A program made the position numbers and the translations under genes. From contig CP147779.1 of NCBI GenBank assembly GCA_037308085.1, forward strand, positions 1,632,001 to 1,696,000: a DNA stretch of 64,000 nucleotides, read 5' to 3'. Shown here in pieces: positions 59,654-64,000 of the stretch; positions within the stretch are counted from its first letter, which is position 1, and each line of letters opens with the position of its first letter. The stretch comes from Promethearchaeati archaeon SRVP18_Atabeyarchaeia-1 (lineage in GTDB: Archaea; Asgardarchaeota; Atabeyarchaeia; Atabeyarchaeales; Atabeyarchaeaceae). The notes below the pieces were generated by a model that searched no databases, was not told where the DNA came from, and saw only the letters and a program-made list of their open reading frames with translations.

Positions 59654-61072
59654 ATGGCGAAAAGGGTTGAGGCACCAAAGGCGAAGAAGATCAAGATGAG
59701 GGTTCCTATGCCTGAACAAGATCCAAAGGAGAGAATCAAGGGCTTCAGTGAAGTAGCGCTGGGGTACAGCGAGAATGATGCTCTTGAAGAGGCAAGTCGA
59801 TGCCTGCAGTGCAAGGACAAACCATGCTGCACCGGTTGCCCCGTCAACATAGATATTCCTGGGTTTATCAAGCTCGTAAAGGAGAAGAAATACGGGGAAG
59901 CAATAGCTGTGGTAAAGGAGCAGAACAGTCTCCCCGCGATATGTGGGCGCGTCTGCCCTCAAGAGGTGCAATGCGAGAAGGTGTGCACGCTAGCCAAGGT
60001 GAAGCAACCCATAGCCATAGGAAGACTTGAAAGGTTCGTGGCAGACTACGAGAGAGAGAAGCTGGGAGTCAAGGTCCCCAGACTGCCAAATCCCACAGGG
60101 AAGAGAGTGGCAATAATAGGCTCAGGGCCAGCTGGTCTAACGGCAGCAGGCGAGCTTGTCAAGATGGGGCACTCTGTCAAGATTTTTGAATCGCTTCATG
60201 TTCCGGGCGGAGTACTCATGTACGGTATTCCGGAGTTCAGGCTGCCAAAGGCGATCGTTCAATCGGAAGTCGAGTATGTCAAGAAACTTGGCGCGGAACT
60301 CGAGGTAAACGTGCTAGTTGGAAGAACTTACACGATCGATGAACTCTTTGCCGAGGGGTACGACGCAATCTTCGTCGGTAGCGGAGCTGGGCTACCAGAC
60401 TTCCTGGGTATTCCAGGAGAGAACTCCATGGGGGTTTACTCTTCAAACGAGTTCCTCACGAGAATCAACTTGATGAAGGCCTACCTATTTCCCAAGTATG
60501 ACACACCTATCAGGGTCGGAAAACGCGTTGTAGTCATAGGTGGAAGCAATACCGCCATGGACTCTACCCGCTGCGCATTAAGGTTCAAGGCTGAAAAAGT
60601 AACGATTGTGTACAGGCGAAGCGAAGAAGAAATGCCTGCCCGAAAGGAAGAAGTTGAGAGGGCCAAGGAAGAAGGAGTAGAATTCATGTTACTGACGAAC
60701 CCCACTAGGATCATCCCCGATGAGAAGGGCTTCGTCAAACAGGTTGAGTGCGTCAAGATGCAACTCGGCGAGCCCGACGCATCGGGAAGGCGCAGACCCA
60801 TCAAGATACCTGGATCCGAGTTCAAGATCGATGCCGACACGGTCGTGATAGCGATTGGTCAAAGCCCCAATCCATTGGTACGCCAGACTACGAGCGGGCT
60901 TGAAGCGAACGACATAGGAGCGCTAGTCGTGAACCCTGACACATTGGAGACGACTAGAAAGGGAGTTTTCGCTGGTGGAGACATAATCAGCGGAGGCGCG
61001 ACAGTCATTAGAGCAATGGGAGAAGGAAAGAAAGCAGCCAAAGCCATAGATGCCTACCTGAAGAGCAGGTAG
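59654..61072 (+). CDS. nfnB: NfnB/SudA (GltD-like) large subunit
   Basis: RCLQC..C..GCPV, CGRVCPQE.QCE, GSGPAG, YRR, GGD. Confidence 0.88.
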   Translation: MAKRVEAPKAKKIKMRVPMPEQDPKERIKGFSEVALGYSENDALEEASRCLQCKDKPCCTGCPVNIDIPGFIKLVKEKKYGEAIAVVKEQNSLPAICGRVCPQEVQCEKVCTLAKVKQPIAIGRLERFVADYEREKLGVKVPRLPNPTGKRVAIIGSGPAGLTAAGELVKMGHSVKIFESLHVPGGVLMYGIPEFRLPKAIVQSEVEYVKKLGAELEVNVLVGRTYTIDELFAEGYDAIFVGSGAGLPDFLGIPGENSMGVYSSNEFLTRINLMKAYLFPKYDTPIRVGKRVVVIGGSNTAMDSTRCALRFKAEKVTIVYRRSEEEMPARKEEVERAKEEGVEFMLLTNPTRIIPDEKGFVKQVECVKMQLGEPDASGRRRPIKIPGSEFKIDADTVVIAIGQSPNPLVRQTTSGLEANDIGALVVNPDTLETTRKGVFAGGDIISGGATVIRAMGEGKKAAKAIDAYLKSR

Positions 61073-61205
61073 CCAGTTTAAGATTCTTCTCTCATGGTAC
61101 CCTTCCTCTTATTCTCTTTTTCAATCCTGCAAAACTCTTATATATGGCATCTCTCGACTACCGATATGTAAGAATAAGCATATCGGGTAAGTCAAAGCGG
61201 TTTGG

Positions 61206-62330
61206 GTGACCCAGTTGCAAGACAGAGACAAAATGATAGCCATCATTCTGATCGCGATAGTCGGTACAAGCATTGGAATAGGCGTAATCGTGCTGACTCC
61301 TAGGACAACTCTGACAATCCAGACAACAACCAGCTTGAATGACACAGGCCTCTTGGACCTACTCAAGCCTGCATTTGAAGCCAAATACACGGTGAACATG
61401 AGGTGGATAGCAGTCGGAACAGGACAAGCACTAGCCAATGCGGCTTTGGGTGAAGCTGATATGGTTATGGTTCATTCACCAAGCAACGAGTACTGGTTCA
61501 TCAACCACACTAATCCAGCCCAGACAAATGCCAAGAATTCAATCACTTATGCAGGGATTGGGATTATGAGGATCAACTTTGCCTACAACTACTTCGTTAT
61601 AGTTGGGCCCATATCGGATCCCCTGCATATCCACGGCAATAGCACACTCATGAACGACGCGACAGGAATGTTCCGGAGGATCTACACATTTGGAAGCAAC
61701 CACACTCAGGGGGTCCTGTTCGAATCGCGCGGAGACAACTCGGGGACATTTACGAAGGAAACCTCCTTTTGGAAAGCGCTGAAAGTGTGGAACAGTACTA
61801 CGGGTTCCTCTACCCCTTACGGTTGGATAAAGAATGAGCCAAAACCCAGCACCTGGTACGAGCAGACTGGGCAAGGCATGGGAGCGACCTTGACAATAGC
61901 CAACCAGAAACTGGCGTATACCATAACCGACTACGGAACATGGCTGAAGATGAGAAGTGGGCTTACAGGCTTGAAGGTCGTTAGCAATCTAACCTGCCCC
62001 GCTCTAAAGAACATCTACTCGGTAATAGCAGTGGACCCGATGGTAGTCCCAAGTGCCAACTTTGACCTAGCTAGAAAATTCATATACTTCATGGCCACGG
62101 AGGGAGAGAACATCCTCGGAAACTACACTATCGACGGGGAGCAGGTATTCAACAGGTACCTCAACTACACTGGTACGAGTCCCACAGGTAGTTCCTTGGA
62201 CGATGTCTACAATGGAACTTTCGGCACGAACTTGTCAACTCCGGGCTTCATGCCCGTTTCCAGTCCCGCAGCTTCTGGTGTGAGCATCGAGTTGCGTTCG
62301 CCCACCCCTTGGCAGCGTGAGATCCTTTGA
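61206..62330 (+). CDS. tupA: tungstate ABC transporter binding protein
   Basis: TTTS, GTGQAL, SRGDNSGT, GQGMG. Confidence 0.9.
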   Translation: MTQLQDRDKMIAIILIAIVGTSIGIGVIVLTPRTTLTIQTTTSLNDTGLLDLLKPAFEAKYTVNMRWIAVGTGQALANAALGEADMVMVHSPSNEYWFINHTNPAQTNAKNSITYAGIGIMRINFAYNYFVIVGPISDPLHIHGNSTLMNDATGMFRRIYTFGSNHTQGVLFESRGDNSGTFTKETSFWKALKVWNSTTGSSTPYGWIKNEPKPSTWYEQTGQGMGATLTIANQKLAYTITDYGTWLKMRSGLTGLKVVSNLTCPALKNIYSVIAVDPMVVPSANFDLARKFIYFMATEGENILGNYTIDGEQVFNRYLNYTGTSPTGSSLDDVYNGTFGTNLSTPGFMPVSSPAASGVSIELRSPTPWQREIL

Positions 62331-62433
62331 TGGCAAACTCTTCTGGCAATGTTACACCGTGGGCTTATGGCCTTCGGGCCAACCCCACTTTTCTAGTTAG
62401 CTATAAAAAAGGGTAGATCCAGTCAGATAGGCG

Positions 62434-63243
62434 GTGACTCGTGGAGATATGGTCGGCATTCTCGATGGTTTTCTTCAGGCTTTAGGCCTCCTAGTCTCAT
62501 TCAACAGTGAGATCTATGGAATCATGTTTCTTTCATTATTCGTGTCTGGAATGGCAACGATAATCGCGTCGCTCATGGGTGTTCCCCTCGGTGCCCTTAT
62601 CTCTTTAAAGCGTTTTCGCGGCAAAGAGCTTGTCAAGACCATGACCTACACTCTTATGGGATTACCTCCGGTTGTAGCTGGGCTCGTTATTTTCCTTATC
62701 TTTGTTAGGATTGGTCCTCTTGGAATGTTTGGTTTGCTCTATACGCCCGTTGTCATGATTATCGCCCAAATTACTCTTGCGACACCCATTATCGTTGGCG
62801 TCACAATATCTGCCGTCTCAAGCGTTCCCAAGGACGTTAGGGATACAGCGCTTTCCCTTGGGGCGACCGAGTGGCAATCCACGTTCACCATCCTGAAGGA
62901 GGCAAGGATTGGTCTAATCACGGCCATCATCACTGGTTTTGGAAGCTGCATATCTGAGGTTGGCGCCGTCATGATCGTGGGAGGCAACATCAGGTATGAG
63001 ACTAGAGTCTTGACAACCAGCATAATGACGTCGACGGGCATGGGGGACTTCGGATATGCCTTGGCCCTCGGAATAATACTTCTGGTACTAGCATTCGCAG
63101 TTAATGTACCCCTCGTCAGACTGCAAAGGAGACATTCGTCTGAAGCCTATGTTTCCACAAAGCATGTTGCGCGAGCTCCAGGAAGGAGGCGAAGGCGCCC
63201 GAATCTTGGAGATGAAGTCGCATCCATGGAGGAGGAGAAATAG
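62434..63243 (+). CDS. tupB: tungstate ABC transporter permease
   Basis: LMGLPPVVAGL, SEVGAVMIVGGNI..TRVLTT. Confidence 0.92.
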   Translation: MTRGDMVGILDGFLQALGLLVSFNSEIYGIMFLSLFVSGMATIIASLMGVPLGALISLKRFRGKELVKTMTYTLMGLPPVVAGLVIFLIFVRIGPLGMFGLLYTPVVMIIAQITLATPIIVGVTISAVSSVPKDVRDTALSLGATEWQSTFTILKEARIGLITAIITGFGSCISEVGAVMIVGGNIRYETRVLTTSIMTSTGMGDFGYALALGIILLVLAFAVNVPLVRLQRRHSSEAYVSTKHVARAPGRRRRRPNLGDEVASMEEEK

Positions 63244-63269
63244 CGAAACCGGAAAAGAATGTGGGTAAC

Positions 63270-64000
63270 ATGAAACCTGTGATTGAAGTAGAGGATCTCA
63301 CGAAGACGTTCGACGGTGTAACACAGGTACTGGACAGCATCTCTTTCCAAGTCACTAAGGGAGAGACGTTCGTTGTGATAGGCCCAAGTGGCTCAGGAAA
63401 AACAACGCTACTCCGCTTGATGGACCTGCTGGACTACCCAAGCCGTGGGAAACTCCTATTCAAAGGCAAGAACACGACCACACTCAAGAAACCTGATAGG
63501 CTCGAGATCCGAAGGCGAATAGGAATGGTCTTCCAGTCAACAGTACTCTTCGACACGGATGTCTACACTAATGTTGCATACGGGTTGAGTATACGCAACA
63601 TTCCGCAGGGAAGGCGACGGGAACTCGTCACCAAAGCGCTGCAGACAGTCGGGCTCATAGGATTTGAAAAACGCTATGCGAAGACCCTCTCAGGAGGAGA
63701 GGCCCAGAGGGTCGCCATCGCAAGGATGCTGGCATACGAACCAGAGCTCATCCTTCTGGACGAACCGACAGCCAATCTGGATCCGACTAGCACATCCACT
63801 GTCGAAAAAGCAATACAAGAAGTGAAGAAGACGTACGATGCTACGGTTATGATTGCAACTCACAACATGTTCCAAGCAAGAAGACTAGGAGAAAGGGTTG
63901 CTCTTCTCCTGAACGGCAAGTTCGTTGAGGTATGCGATCCTGAGACAATGTTTACAAACCCAAAGGAGCCGGTCACAAGGGCCTTCGTAAAGGGAGAGTT
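63270..64000 (+). CDS. tupC: tungstate ABC transporter ATPase (3' truncated)
   Basis: GPSGSGKT, LSGGEAQR, DEPT; runs off window. Confidence 0.9.
   Translation, partial: MKPVIEVEDLTKTFDGVTQVLDSISFQVTKGETFVVIGPSGSGKTTLLRLMDLLDYPSRGKLLFKGKNTTTLKKPDRLEIRRRIGMVFQSTVLFDTDVYTNVAYGLSIRNIPQGRRRELVTKALQTVGLIGFEKRYAKTLSGGEAQRVAIARMLAYEPELILLDEPTANLDPTSTSTVEKAIQEVKKTYDATVMIATHNMFQARRLGERVALLLNGKFVEVCDPETMFTNPKEPVTRAFVKGE

Noticed and set aside
58763-61072. Glutamate synthase or pyrK annotation
   Set aside because: No gltB or pyrD adjacent; the two-gene arrangement fits NfnAB/SudBA

Overview
Archaeal genomic window. Asgard-like affinity is an inference from three roadblock/LC7 genes, two MglA/Arf-like GTPase domains, a SNAP-like TPR protein and an ARM-PCI-RING protein. 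From left to right: (1) 1-8.4 kb holds small housekeeping genes plus a free-standing LAGLIDADG-3xHTH gene broken by one in-frame TGA, lying between an intact dodecin and a dodecin fragment. (2) ~8.6-31.4 kb is an accessory/defence island. It contains an IS607-like tnpB with a structured 3' RNA, tnpB remnants, two membrane-anchored TIR proteins, a VapC toxin-antitoxin pair, a fused restriction-methylase, HNH+DGQHR, several PD-(D/E)XK nucleases, a Schlafen-HEPN-ART-UDG block and a terminal tyrosine integrase. A reused promoter/hairpin leader and a 112-bp exact direct repeat link some of these modules. (3) 31.5-39 kb is a methanopterin biosynthesis cluster. (4) 39-47.3 kb encodes Clp1, a GTPase-CHAT fusion, ARM-RING, Lrp and a roadblock-GTPase-roadblock operon. 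(5) 47.7-55.3 kb has two 231-bp IS605-type MITEs, a GH4 glycosidase and MFS transporters. (6) 55.6-64 kb encodes an AbrB-PhoU regulator, an NAD(P)-type methylene-H4MPT dehydrogenase, nfnAB and tupABC. No tRNA, rRNA or CRISPR array was found. All product calls come from motif recognition by eye; no database search was run.
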